Shown: piece by piece, positions 8,007 through 17,126 of the stretch
Layout: each line of letters opens with the position of its first letter
Numbering within the stretch: the stretch's first letter is position 1
Source: Chloroflexota bacterium
Lineage (GTDB): Bacteria; Chloroflexota; Limnocylindria; Limnocylindrales; CSP1-4
Reading direction: 5' to 3'
DNA length: 35,990 nt
Assembly: GCA_021788175.1 (NCBI GenBank)
Contig: JAJYKX010000004.1
Location: 1 to 35,990, forward strand
Made by a program: the position numbers and the translations under genes
The notes under the pieces: generated by a model
The model's database searches: none
Told to the model about the DNA's origin: nothing
Seen by the model: the letters and a program-made list of their open reading frames with translations, nothing else

Positions 8007-8576
8007 TCAGCTCAGCGTCAGGTCGACCTGGGGAACCTGCTGCGCCTCCGGCTCGGCCTCGAAGAACTCGCGTCGGGTGAACCCGAACGGGCCGGCCAGC
8101 AGCGCGCTGGGGAAGGTGGCGATGGTCGTGTTGTACTGCATGACGCTGGCGTTGTAGTTCTGGCGCGAGAAGGCGATCTGGTTCTCCGTCGTGGTGAGCT
8201 GCTCCTGCAGGGCCAGGACGTTCTGGTTCGCCTTCAGGTCGGGGTAGTTCTCCACCACGGCGAAGAGCGAGCGGAGCGTCTGGCTGAGCTGGTTCTCCGC
8301 CGCCGCCTGCGCCGCGACCCCCTTGGCCCCGGCCGCCACCGCGTTGGCCCGCGCGTTGGTGACGTTCTCCAGGACCTTCTGCTCGAATCCCATGTAGCCC
8401 TTCACGGCGTTGACGAGGTTCGGGATGAGGTCGTGCCGGCGCTTCAGCTGCACGTCGATCTGGGCGAACGCCTCGTCGACGCGGACCCGTTGCTGGACCA
8501 GGCCGTTGTAGAGGAGCACGCCTCCGCCGACGACGACGATGAGGATGACGATGACGATGATCGTGATGGGGTCCAC
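8007..8576 (-). CDS. lemA: LemA family protein
   Basis: N-terminal TM, YNGLV, IDVQLKRRHDLIPNLV, AVVENYPDLKANQN, FPS. GGAGG RBS favours GTG at 8576; TAGACT -10 candidate at 8628-8633. Confidence 0.95.
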   Translation of the reverse strand: MDPITIIVIVILIVVVGGGVLLYNGLVQQRVRVDEAFAQIDVQLKRRHDLIPNLVNAVKGYMGFEQKVLENVTNARANAVAAGAKGVAAQAAAENQLSQTLRSLFAVVENYPDLKANQNVLALQEQLTTTENQIAFSRQNYNASVMQYNTTIATFPSALLAGPFGFTRREFFEAEPEAQQVPQVDLTLS

Positions 8577-8678
8577 GCGAGATCCCTCCATCGACGGGGA
8601 CGAGCGGCGCCCGTCCCTGGCGCGACCAGTCTAGCGAGCGCGCGGCCCGGCCGCGTCCGGACCCCGTCGGACCGGAGC

Positions 8679-9761
8679 TCAGGAACCCGGGGGGCGACGG
8701 AAGAACTCCCGCATGTCGGCGACCCGGCAGGCGTTCGCGAGGCAGGGCAGGCCCCAGGCATCCTCGATCGTCCGCAACAGCGAGTAGTGGTCGTGGGGCA
8801 CGGCGGAACGGAAGCCGGCGGGCACATCCGGGGAGATCACCAGGGTGGCCACCGGCTCGCTGCCGCTCCCTTCGTCCCAGGTGATGAAGAGGACCCCGCC
8901 CTGGCGCCATGCCGCGCTCCCCAGGATGCGCGGCACGAACGAGGCCAGGAAGCGGTCGCCGGCCGCGGTGCTGCAGTCGTGCATGTCGTTGCACATGTTC
9001 GGGATGATCAGCTCGAAGTCGGCCGCCGCCGGATCGAAGTGGCTGAAGTCCGTGATCCGCGCGCACCTGGCCGGGTCGTCTGCGATCCCCCGGAAGCTGA
9101 TCGCCGGCTCGTGCTTGCGCGCGTACGTGCCCTGGCCGTCGGGTCCACCCGTCGCGACCGCGCCCTGGAAGCAGGGCAGCGGCACGTTCTCAGCGAAGAC
9201 GCGCCACGTCCGGCCGGCGGCCTCCAGCTGGTCGGCGATGGTCGGCGCGGAGATCTCGTGGACTCCATCGTCGGTCACGCCCTGCGTCGATCCGCTGAAC
9301 AGGGCCAGGTAGTTCGGCTCGGACGGGTGCGCCACGCCCCGGTACTGCGTGGCCAGCCCGTAGCGGGCCATGAGCCCGTTGAGGTAGGGCGCCTCGGGAT
9401 TGCCGGCGATCGCGGCGAGGCCGCGGTTCTCCATGACGATCAGGTAGACGTGGGAGAAGGACGGGATCGCCGCCGCCGGTGACGCGGCACCGCCGGGCCG
9501 GGCGCTCGAGCCGCCACCGGCCACGGAGGAGGGCGCCACGCCGCCCGCGGCCGAAGGCATCGCGGGGGCCGCGCCTGCGGGCGAGGGGCTCGCCGGCAGC
9601 GCCGTTCCCGCCGGGCTCGCCGGCCCCGTCCCGACGGCTGCTGGCGTCCCGCTCGTCGTCGCTCCGCAGGCCGCCAGCAGCGAGGTCGCCAGGAGCGTTG
9701 CCATGGCCACGGCCATCGTGCGTCGCACCGCATCCCCCCGGCGAACAGCCGATCGACTCAT
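8679..9761 (-). CDS. Phosphoesterase family (acid phosphatase / phospholipase C-like) lipoprotein
   Basis: Lipobox LAAC, Ala/Pro/Ser linker, HVYLIVMENR, HPSEPNYLALFSGS, YARKHEP, NDMHD, ITWDE, HYSLLRTIEDAWGL. True start may be GTG at 9728. Confidence 0.85.
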   Translation of the reverse strand: MSRSAVRRGDAVRRTMAVAMATLLATSLLAACGATTSGTPAAVGTGPASPAGTALPASPSPAGAAPAMPSAAGGVAPSSVAGGGSSARPGGAASPAAAIPSFSHVYLIVMENRGLAAIAGNPEAPYLNGLMARYGLATQYRGVAHPSEPNYLALFSGSTQGVTDDGVHEISAPTIADQLEAAGRTWRVFAENVPLPCFQGAVATGGPDGQGTYARKHEPAISFRGIADDPARCARITDFSHFDPAAADFELIIPNMCNDMHDCSTAAGDRFLASFVPRILGSAAWRQGGVLFITWDEGSGSEPVATLVISPDVPAGFRSAVPHDHYSLLRTIEDAWGLPCLANACRVADMREFFRRPPGS

Positions 9762-9835
9762 GCACGGTCACCGGGCGCGGACCGCGCCGCGCCCGCGCCT
9801 GCGCCGGCGACGTGGCCCCTCGTCGACCGGGCACC

Positions 9836-9912
9836 TGGTGGGCGGTAAGGGATTCGAACCCCTGACATCCTCGGTGTAAGCGAGGCGCTCTGACCGGCTG
9901 AGCTAACCGCCC
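9836..9912 (-). tRNA. tRNA-Val(UAC)
   Basis: Acceptor GGGCGGT/ACCGCCC, loop CT-TAC-AC, CCA. Confidence 0.96.
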
Positions 9913-9920
9913 ACGAAGCA

Positions 9921-9948
9921 CGACACGGCGCCGGAGGGCGCCGTGTCG
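9921..9948. repeat. Perfect 12-bp inverted repeat between tRNA-Leu and tRNA-Val
   Basis: CGACACGGCGCC-GGAG-GGCGCCGTGTCG. Confidence 0.85.
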
Positions 9949-9964
9949 ATCAGTGACGAGGGGA

Positions 9965-10049
9965 TGGTGCCCAGGCCGGGACTTGAACCCGGATGACTTG
10001 CGTCATACGCCCCTCAAACGTACGCGTATACCAATTCCGCCACCTGGGC
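9965..10049 (-). tRNA. tRNA-Leu(GAG)
   Basis: Acceptor GCCCAGG/CCTGGGC, loop TT-GAG-GG, variable arm, A73, CCA. Confidence 0.96.
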
Positions 10050-10078
10050 AGGTGCTCCGCGCGGGCCGTCCAGCAGAA

Positions 10079-10165
10079 TGGTACCGAGGAAGGGAGTCGA
10101 ACCCATACGCCCTTGCGGGCACTAGCTCCTGAAGCTAGCGCGTCTACCTATTCCGCCACCTCGGC
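10079..10165 (-). tRNA. tRNA-Leu(CAG)
   Basis: Acceptor GCCGAGG/CCTCGGT, loop TT-CAG-GA, variable arm, A73, CCA. Confidence 0.96.
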
Positions 10166-10182
10166 CCGCTCCGAATCCGGCC

Positions 10183-11883
10183 TCACTGGCCGGCCGCCGT
10201 AGCGAGGCGCCATGTTAGCACATCCCAGTACCGGTCCCCGGGGTCCGAGATCAGCCTGGGCGTCGGTCCCTGGACGGTGTTGCGGACCACGTAGGCATAG
10301 TCCGCGTACGCGAGCGGCAGGATGGGAAGCTCCTTCGCCAGGTCGGCCTCCACGGCGGCCATCCGCCGGGCGCGCGTCGACTGGGGCGCGTACGCCCGCG
10401 CCGCCTCGAGGAGCCGGTCGAGCGTGACCGACTGGAACCCGCTCAGGTTGGACCCACCGACCGGTGCCTGCGCCGAGGCCAGGAGCGGGTACAGGTCGGC
10501 GTCCAGGCCCACGTTGAGGTCCACGACCGCGGCGTCGTAGTTCCCGGGGACGAGCTTGTCGTTGACCGCCTGGTCGGCGCCCAGGACGGTGAAGCGCACC
10601 GGGATCCCGATCGCCTTCCAGTCGGCGGCCACCTGGACCGCCACGGCGTAGTCGAGCGGGTTGGTGGTCGCGTCCACCGTGAGGAGCTCGAGCGTCACCG
10701 GGGCCTTCACGCCGGGCCGCACCCAGCCCGACCCGGAGCGGCGCCATCCTGCGGCCACCAGCTCCTTCGCGGCTGCGGCCCGGTCGTACGCGACGCTGCC
10801 GGCAGCCTGCGCGTTGAAGGCCCACGACGAGGGCGGCACGAGGGTGTCCGCCCGGACCCCGAGCCCACCCATCTGCTGGCGCACGATCGCGTTCCGGTCG
10901 ATCGCCAGCAGCAGCGCCCGACGGACGTGAACGTTCTGGAAGACGTTGTGGCCGAAGCGCAGGTTGAGCATCACGGCCGTCAGGACCGTGCGCGGGTACC
11001 GCACCAGCCGGGCTCCCGGGAGTGCCGAGAGCTGGTTCGCCAGGTCCGGCGACAGGCCGCCGGCCGCGTCCACCTGTCCCGCCTGGAACGCCGCGGCGAG
11101 CGCGGCGTCATCCGGATAGACGCGGACGTCGATCTGCTGGATGTCGTCGGGCAGCTGCCACAGGAGGGGGTCGGGACCCACGCTCGGGGCTGCGGGTGAC
11201 GGCGCGGCATCGCTCATCCGCTCGAGGACCGCGCCCGTCGCGTCGAGCCGGACCAGGCGGTACGGTCCGGCCCCGACCGGCGCGAGCTCGAACGACGTCC
11301 CCCCCAGGTTCGCGCCGGGCACGTCGGCCAGCAGGTGCGCCGGCAGGATGGGGCTGCGGGCCGCGAGGGGGAAGTCCGCCACCGGCGTCGCCAGCGTGAA
11401 GCGGACGTCCAGACGATCGACCGCCTGCGCGGTCACCCCCTGCCAGGCGCCCGCGAGCGGGCCCCGGTAGTCCGCCGCCTGGGTGGCCTGGACGGTGAAG
11501 ACGACATCCTGGGCGGTGACCGGGATCCCGTCCTGCCAGGTCGCGCCGGGTCGCAGCCGGAACGTCCACGTCCGCCCGTCGGAGCTGGCGCTCCAGCTCG
11601 AGGCGAGGTCCGGGACGACCGTCCCGTCGGGACCCAGCCGCGTGAGCCCGCTGAAGACGAGCGCGTCGATGTCCAGCTCCGGCCGCGTCCGCGCGAAGAG
11701 CGGGTCCAGGGTCGAGATGCTCCCCACCACGCCGTCCCGGAAGATGCGTGGGGCCGGGGTGGGGACGGGCGTCGCCGGTGCGGCCGTCGTGTCGGCGGGC
11801 GGGGGCAGGGCCACCATCGCGCCGACGATCACGACCAGCAGTGCCATCGCCGCGAGGGCGACGGTCCGGTCGCGGCGGGTCAT
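10183..11883 (-). CDS. Family 5 (peptide/nickel) ABC solute-binding protein, N-terminal membrane anchor
   Basis: TLDPL, VFSGLTR, VVPDLASSW, WTFRLRPGATWQDGIPVTAQDVVFT, PVGAGPY, VRRALLLAIDR; GGAGG RBS. Confidence 0.9.
   Translation of the reverse strand: MTRRDRTVALAAMALLVVIVGAMVALPPPADTTAAPATPVPTPAPRIFRDGVVGSISTLDPLFARTRPELDIDALVFSGLTRLGPDGTVVPDLASSWSASSDGRTWTFRLRPGATWQDGIPVTAQDVVFTVQATQAADYRGPLAGAWQGVTAQAVDRLDVRFTLATPVADFPLAARSPILPAHLLADVPGANLGGTSFELAPVGAGPYRLVRLDATGAVLERMSDAAPSPAAPSVGPDPLLWQLPDDIQQIDVRVYPDDAALAAAFQAGQVDAAGGLSPDLANQLSALPGARLVRYPRTVLTAVMLNLRFGHNVFQNVHVRRALLLAIDRNAIVRQQMGGLGVRADTLVPPSSWAFNAQAAGSVAYDRAAAAKELVAAGWRRSGSGWVRPGVKAPVTLELLTVDATTNPLDYAVAVQVAADWKAIGIPVRFTVLGADQAVNDKLVPGNYDAAVVDLNVGLDADLYPLLASAQAPVGGSNLSGFQSVTLDRLLEAARAYAPQSTRARRMAAVEADLAKELPILPLAYADYAYVVRNTVQGPTPRLISDPGDRYWDVLTWRLATAAGQ
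10212..10220 (-). promoter_or_regulatory. Putative extended -10 (TGC-TAACAT) for the Leu-Leu-Val tRNAs, inside the SBP gene
   Basis: TGnTAnnnT match about 46 nt upstream of tRNA-Leu(CAG), formed by the uncommon codons CTA-ACA. Confidence 0.55.
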
Positions 11884-11914
11884 GGTCCCTCCATGGACCG
11901 GTGGCGCGGGCGAG

Positions 11915-12136
11915 CTATCCGACCAGGCGGTACACGATGAGCGAGAAGATCACGAACAGCACGGCGAGCACGATCGTGAACTGGAACAGGCGCATCTCGA
12001 TCCCGCGCCGGCTGCGGTAGACGGCCGAGTCGCCACCGAAGGCGGAGGACAGCCCGGCGCCGCGCGCCTGGAGCAGGATCGACGCCATCAGGCCGATGCT
12101 GACGATGATCTCGGCAAAGGCCAGGACAGGGTTCAA
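11915..12136 (-). CDS. secG: Preprotein translocase subunit SecG
   Basis: ILLQARGAGLSSAFGG...RRGIE with two TMs; probable TTG start after GGAGG; extended -10 TGC-TATCCT at 12180-12188. Confidence 0.92.
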   Translation of the reverse strand: MNPVLAFAEIIVSIGLMASILLQARGAGLSSAFGGDSAVYRSRRGIEMRLFQFTIVLAVLFVIFSLIVYRLVG

Positions 12137-12270
12137 GGGAACGTGGACCTCCAGGTTCGAACGGGTCGCGCGGTGCCGAAGGATAGCACAGCCGGCGGCC
12201 CGCACGGCCGGCGCGTGCGTTCCCGTTCGGCCCGGGACGCCTCCAGCGGACCGCGGCGATAATGCGCCGC

Positions 12271-13083
12271 ATGGAACAGCATGACTCCCCGGCCACGAAC
12301 CGGGATCCCGCGCTTGCCGACGGCGCCTCGTATCGCGTCGTGCTCCTGCGGCACGGCGAGAGCACGTGGAACCGGGAGAACCTCTACACCGGCTGGACGG
12401 ACGTCGACCTTTCCGAGAAGGGCGTCGAGGAGGCGCACGACGCCGGCCGCCTCCTGCGCGAGGGAGGCCACGTCTTCGACATCGCCTTCACCTCGGTCCT
12501 GAAGCGGGCGATCCGGACGCTCTGGATCGCGCTGGACGAGCTCGACCTGATGTGGATCCCGGTCGTCAAGTCGTGGCGGCTCAACGAGCGCCACTACGGC
12601 GCGCTGCAGGGTCTCAACAAGGCACAGACGGCCGAGCAGTTCGGCGAGGAACAGGTGCGGCTCTGGCGGCGGAGCTACGATGTGCCGCCGCCCCCCCTCG
12701 AGGTGGACGATCCCCGCTTCCCCGGCCACGATCCCCGCTACGCCGACGTGGATCCGGCGGACCTGCCACGCAGCGAGGCGCTCGAGCAGACCGTCGCGCG
12801 GTTCCTCCCCTACTGGCACGCGGAGATCGCCCCGGTCATCCGCGCGGGCAGGCGCGTGCTGATCGCCGCGCACGGGAACAGCCTGCGGGCGCTGGTGAAG
12901 TATCTCGACGACATGACGAACGACGAGATCGTCGGCCTCAACATCCCGACCGGCGTGCCGCTCGTCTACGACCTGGACGCCGACCTGCGCCCGGTGCGGC
13001 ACTTCTACCTGGGCGACGCCGAGCAGGTGGCCGCGGCCATGGCCGCGGTGGCCGCCCAGGGGCTGGCCAAGCCTTCCCGCTGA
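12271..13083 (+). CDS. gpmA: 2,3-bisphosphoglycerate-dependent phosphoglycerate mutase
   Basis: [46 protein letters not shown]. Confidence 0.97.
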   Translation: MEQHDSPATNRDPALADGASYRVVLLRHGESTWNRENLYTGWTDVDLSEKGVEEAHDAGRLLREGGHVFDIAFTSVLKRAIRTLWIALDELDLMWIPVVKSWRLNERHYGALQGLNKAQTAEQFGEEQVRLWRRSYDVPPPPLEVDDPRFPGHDPRYADVDPADLPRSEALEQTVARFLPYWHAEIAPVIRAGRRVLIAAHGNSLRALVKYLDDMTNDEIVGLNIPTGVPLVYDLDADLRPVRHFYLGDAEQVAAAMAAVAAQGLAKPSR

Positions 13084-13123
13084 CGGCGCGGGGCCGCCGC
13101 GCCCGCGCCCGTCCTCCGCGCTT

Positions 13124-13918
13124 CTACCCGGCCGCCGCCCGACGCGCGGCGGCCGTGGTCGCGGCGCGGGCGACGATCCCCGCCATCTCGTCCGGCTTGA
13201 GGCTCGCTCCGCCCACCAGGGCCCCGTCGATGGCCGGCTCCGCCAGGAACTCGCCGATGCTGGCCGAGGTGACGCTGCCCCCGTAGAGGATCGGCACGGT
13301 CTCCGCCTGCGCGTGGCTCCAGCCGTTCTCTTCGAGCGCCGCCCGGATCGCCCCGGCCATCGCCGCGGCATCGCTCCCGCGCGCCGTGCGGCCCGTCCCG
13401 ATGGCCCAGACGGGCTCGTAGGCGATGACGATCGAGGAACTCCATGCTCCGTCCGCCAGGCCCCCGGCCGTGAGCGCCTCCCGCACCTGCTCCCGGACGA
13501 CCGCCTCCGCGCGGCCGGCCTCGCGCTCGTCGAGCTGCTCCCCCACGCACCAGATGGGCCGCAGCCCGGACTCCAGGCAGCGCGCCAGCTTCCGGCCGAC
13601 CAGCTCGTCGGTCTCGTGCTGGTCGCGCCGGCGCTCCGAGTGGCCCACGATGCACCAGTCCGCAAGCCCGGCCAGCATCGCCGCGCCGATCTCGCCAGTG
13701 AAGGCGCCGGCGGCCATCACGTGGACGTTCTGGGCGCCGACGGCCACGCCGGTCCCCGCGAGCGCCTCGCGCACGGGCGCCAGGCAGACGTATGGCGGGC
13801 AGATCACCCGGACGACGTCCGGCGCGTCGGTGGCCGCCGCGATGGCCGCAGCAAGGGGCCCGGCGTCGGACGGGGTGGTGTTCATCTTCCAGTTGGCGGC
13901 AATGATGATCGGTCGCAT
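13124..13918 (-). CDS. tpiA: Triosephosphate isomerase
   Basis: ANWKMN, GAFTGE, VGHSERR, IAYEPVWAIGTG, LYGGSV, DGALVGGASL. Confidence 0.97.
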   Translation of the reverse strand: MRPIIIAANWKMNTTPSDAGPLAAAIAAATDAPDVVRVICPPYVCLAPVREALAGTGVAVGAQNVHVMAAGAFTGEIGAAMLAGLADWCIVGHSERRRDQHETDELVGRKLARCLESGLRPIWCVGEQLDEREAGRAEAVVREQVREALTAGGLADGAWSSSIVIAYEPVWAIGTGRTARGSDAAAMAGAIRAALEENGWSHAQAETVPILYGGSVTSASIGEFLAEPAIDGALVGGASLKPDEMAGIVARAATTAAARRAAAG

Positions 13919-13925
13919 GGCGCGA

Positions 13926-14852
13926 TTATCCGGGGACCGCCGTTTCCCGTACCGGGCCGAATGGCGGATCGGCCGCGAGCGGCCCGGCAGTGTCGCCGGC
14001 GTGCGCCAGCCGCTCGATCCGCTCGAGTGCCCGCTGCACGGACGACCGGGTCATCGCGAGCTGCGCCGCCAGCTCCCCCAGCGTCGCGTCGGGACTGTGC
14101 AGCCGGGCCCGGGCCACTGCCTGCACGGGGCCGCGCTCCCGGGCCAGCCACCCGCCCGCCTCGAGCCGCTCGATCGCCTCGAGCTGCCGCGCGGAGGCGC
14201 CCACCGCCCGCTCCAGGTTGGCCGCCTCCGCGTTCAGCAGCCGGTTCAGTTCGCCGCGGAGCGCGCGCGCGACGCCTCGCGCCTCGAGCTCCAGCAGCGA
14301 CGGACCGGCGCCCGTGGCGCGAAGGAAGGCGGAGACCCGCTCGCTGCTCTTCCAGGTGACCACGCCGCGACCGCGCCGGAGGCGGATTGCCGCGGGAAGG
14401 CCGATCGAGGCAAGCCGTCCGGCGAGTTCCTCCGCGTCGCCGGGATCCACCACGAACTCCAGGTGCGTCCTCGAGAACCCGAGGCTGAGCGACCCGTGAG
14501 CCAGGAAGAGGCCCCGGAGCCATGCGATCCGGCAGTGGTCCGCCGCGGTGGTCCAGTCGAACGACGCCCGGGACGCGCCGGGGCCCAGCCGCACGGCCAG
14601 CCGGGCGATGGCGGGCGAATGCGCCTCGCCCGTCGCGGCGCTTCCGAGCCCGGCGCGCTCGGCGGCCCGGCAGCACGCCCGCGTCGGCTCGATCGCGGCC
14701 AGCTCGGCACGGATCGCGGCGACCAGCTCGCGGTCGGGGTTTGCCGCGCGGGGTCGCGGCCGTGGGGACGGCGCTCGCGCCGGCAGGTCCCGCGGGGGCC
14801 GCCGCGGGACGCCGCGCCGTCGGCCCGCCGCGATCGACCCGCCGTCCGTCAT
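13926..14852 (-). CDS. whiA: DNA-binding protein WhiA
   Basis: CCRAAE, WLRGLFLAHGS, HLEF, NRLLNAEAANL, C-terminal HTH (HSPDATLGELA...RSSVQR); directly downstream of rapZ-yvcK. Confidence 0.9.
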   Translation of the reverse strand: MTDGGSIAAGRRRGVPRRPPRDLPARAPSPRPRPRAANPDRELVAAIRAELAAIEPTRACCRAAERAGLGSAATGEAHSPAIARLAVRLGPGASRASFDWTTAADHCRIAWLRGLFLAHGSLSLGFSRTHLEFVVDPGDAEELAGRLASIGLPAAIRLRRGRGVVTWKSSERVSAFLRATGAGPSLLELEARGVARALRGELNRLLNAEAANLERAVGASARQLEAIERLEAGGWLARERGPVQAVARARLHSPDATLGELAAQLAMTRSSVQRALERIERLAHAGDTAGPLAADPPFGPVRETAVPG

Positions 14853-16222
14853 GCGGAGCTGGCGACCCGCAACACGGGACGCGACCGGCTGCGCTCCTGG
14901 AACATGGCCATCAGGGCGGCCGCCAGCAGCGCCGAGTCATGGCGGTGGGCGTTGTCCGCGTCGACCACGTTCCGGACGACCAGTTCCGGGCCCTCGCGCA
15001 CGGGCGTCCAGTCGAGCGCGACCGGCTCGCTGCGGTTTCCCTCCGGCCGCTTCGCGCCGAAGTTGTCGTTCGCCAGCACCACGTCCACCAGGCCGGGACC
15101 GGCATGCCGCGTGATGGCGGCGAGGTGGGCCGCCAGCCCGTATCCCTCCGTCTCGCCCACCTGCGTCGCCACGTTGGCCACGTAGCAGCGCACCGCCCGT
15201 GAGGCCGCCACCGCGTCGCGGACCTCGGGGATGAGGAGGCTCGGCAGCAGGCTCGTGTAGAGGCTCCCGGGGCCGAGCACGATGAAGTCGGCCTCCGCGA
15301 TCGCGTCGAGCACCTCGGTCGTCGCGCGTACGTCGGCCGGCGTCACCCAGACCCGCTCGATGCCCGGCAACCGCGCGATGACCGACTGGCCGTCCACCTC
15401 CCGGCCGTCATGCGTGCGCGCGTGGAGCGTCAGCGGGACGGGGGCCGCCGGAACCACCTGCCCGCGCACCGCCAGGACCCGGTTCGACTGCCGCACGCCC
15501 TCCTCGAAGTCGTCCTCGATCGCGCTCATGGCCGCGATGAGCAGGTTGCCGAACGCGTGGCCGCCCAGCCCCTGCGTCGCGTCCGTGTCCTCCGGGAACC
15601 GGTACTGCAGCAGCCGGGTCATCAGCGGCTCGGTGTCAGCCAGGGCGGCGATGCAGTTCCGGATGTCGCCCATCGGCGCGATCCCGAGCTCGGTCCGAAG
15701 CTTGCCGGAGGATCCCCCGTCGTCCGCGACGGTGACCACCGCGGTGATGTTGCTGGTGTGCTCCTTGAGCCCGCGCAGCAGGGTGGAGAGGCCGGTGCCG
15801 CCGCCGATGGCGACCACCCGCGGGCCGCGCGCCAGGTACCGCTTCTGGTAGATCACCTCCACCAGCGGCCCGGAGGGCACCCCGAACGGCAGCAGCAGCG
15901 TCCGCATCAACTGGACGACGCCCACCAGGAACGCCAGGATCCCGGCGACCAGGAACGGGATGGCGCGCGCGCCGTACGGGAGGAACTGCAGGGTGAGGAC
16001 GTAGACCACGCCCTGCAGCGGCCCGGTGACGATGATCTCGCGGTAGACCTGCTTGAGGAGGAAGGCGCCGGCCAGCGCCAGCGCCAGCTCGCCGACCAGC
16101 ACGAGCGCCAGCCAGCGCTTGACCCCGATCCCCGGCATGAGCCAGTAGCGGAGGTGACCCCCCCGCAGCGACGGCCCCCCGGGCCGGGCGCCGCGCCGGC
16201 CCGCACGCTGCGGCTCGCTCAC
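14849..16222 (-). CDS. yvcK: YvcK/GlmR (CuvA) UDP-GlcNAc-binding protein with N-terminal TM region
   Basis: PGIGVKRW, IGGGTGLS, VTVADDGGSSG, GDIRNC, GHAFGNL, LGPGSLYTS, RHD. Confidence 0.93.
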   Translation of the reverse strand: MSEPQRAGRRGARPGGPSLRGGHLRYWLMPGIGVKRWLALVLVGELALALAGAFLLKQVYREIIVTGPLQGVVYVLTLQFLPYGARAIPFLVAGILAFLVGVVQLMRTLLLPFGVPSGPLVEVIYQKRYLARGPRVVAIGGGTGLSTLLRGLKEHTSNITAVVTVADDGGSSGKLRTELGIAPMGDIRNCIAALADTEPLMTRLLQYRFPEDTDATQGLGGHAFGNLLIAAMSAIEDDFEEGVRQSNRVLAVRGQVVPAAPVPLTLHARTHDGREVDGQSVIARLPGIERVWVTPADVRATTEVLDAIAEADFIVLGPGSLYTSLLPSLLIPEVRDAVAASRAVRCYVANVATQVGETEGYGLAAHLAAITRHAGPGLVDVVLANDNFGAKRPEGNRSEPVALDWTPVREGPELVVRNVVDADNAHRHDSALLAAALMAMFQERSRSRPVLRVASSA

Positions 16223-16229
16223 GGGCCCC

Positions 16230-17126
16230 TCACCCTCGCTCGAGCTCCCGGTGCCAGACGCTCGCCTCGCCGTACCCGCGATCCGCCCATCGCCGCTTGA
16301 GCTCCTCGGCGATCACGATGGATCGATGGTACCCCCCGGTGCAGCCGATGGCGACGGTCAGACGGGTCTTTCCCTCGGACACGTAGGCGGGGATGGCGAA
16401 CGCGAAGAACTGGTCCGCGAACTCCAGGAACCGCTGCGCGGCGGGCTGGCCGAGCACGCGGGCGCGCACCGGCTCGGTGAGCCCCGAGAGCGGCCGCAAC
16501 TCCGGGTCGTAGTAGGGGTTCTCCATGAAGCGCACGTCGAACACGATGTCCGCCTCGATCGGCAGCCCGTACTTGTACCCGAAGCTCACCAGCTGCAGGG
16601 TCATCTGCTCGGGCTCGGTGGACGGCTCGAGCGCGCCGAAGATCCGCTCCCGGAGCTCCCGGGCCGACAGGTCCGACGTGTCGATGATCGTGTCGGCGCA
16701 CTCGCGGAGCGGCTCCAGCGCCTGGCGTTCCTGCGCGATCGACGCGGCGATCCCACGGTGGCCGCCGAGCGGATGACGATGGCGCGTCTCGCTGAAGCGC
16801 CGCACCAGGACGTCGTCGCGGGCCTCCAGGAAGAAGACCTGGGGTCGCAGGCCGCGTGCCTGGAGGGCATCCATCATCTCGGCGAACGCCGCGGGCGCAT
16901 CGCCGGCGCGGACGTCGAGCACGATGGCCACCCGTTCGAACCGTGCCGGCTCGCGGGCCACCAGGTCGGCCAGCCCGGGGAGGAACTCCGCGGGCAGGTT
17001 GTCCACCACCGTGTACCCGAGGTCCTCGAACAGCTTGCTGGTGGTGGTCTTGCCGGCCCCCGAGAGACCGGTGATCACCGCGACGTGCTGCGACTCGGTC
17101 GCGGGGAGGGATCCGCCGGGCGTCAC
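16230..17126 (-). CDS. rapZ: RNase adapter RapZ / YvcJ P-loop protein
   Basis: ITGLSGAGKT, VDNLP, RRFSETRHRHPL, SFGYKYGLP, FDVRF, IGCTGGYHRS; GTG at 17126 overlaps the tatC TGA. Confidence 0.95.
   Translation of the reverse strand: MTPGGSLPATESQHVAVITGLSGAGKTTTSKLFEDLGYTVVDNLPAEFLPGLADLVAREPARFERVAIVLDVRAGDAPAAFAEMMDALQARGLRPQVFFLEARDDVLVRRFSETRHRHPLGGHRGIAASIAQERQALEPLRECADTIIDTSDLSARELRERIFGALEPSTEPEQMTLQLVSFGYKYGLPIEADIVFDVRFMENPYYDPELRPLSGLTEPVRARVLGQPAAQRFLEFADQFFAFAIPAYVSEGKTRLTVAIGCTGGYHRSIVIAEELKRRWADRGYGEASVWHRELERG

Noticed and set aside
11880-11894. Mini-ORF MEGP overlapping the SBP start
   Set aside because: It is a by-product of the GGAGG Shine-Dalgarno sequence; no extra explanation is needed.
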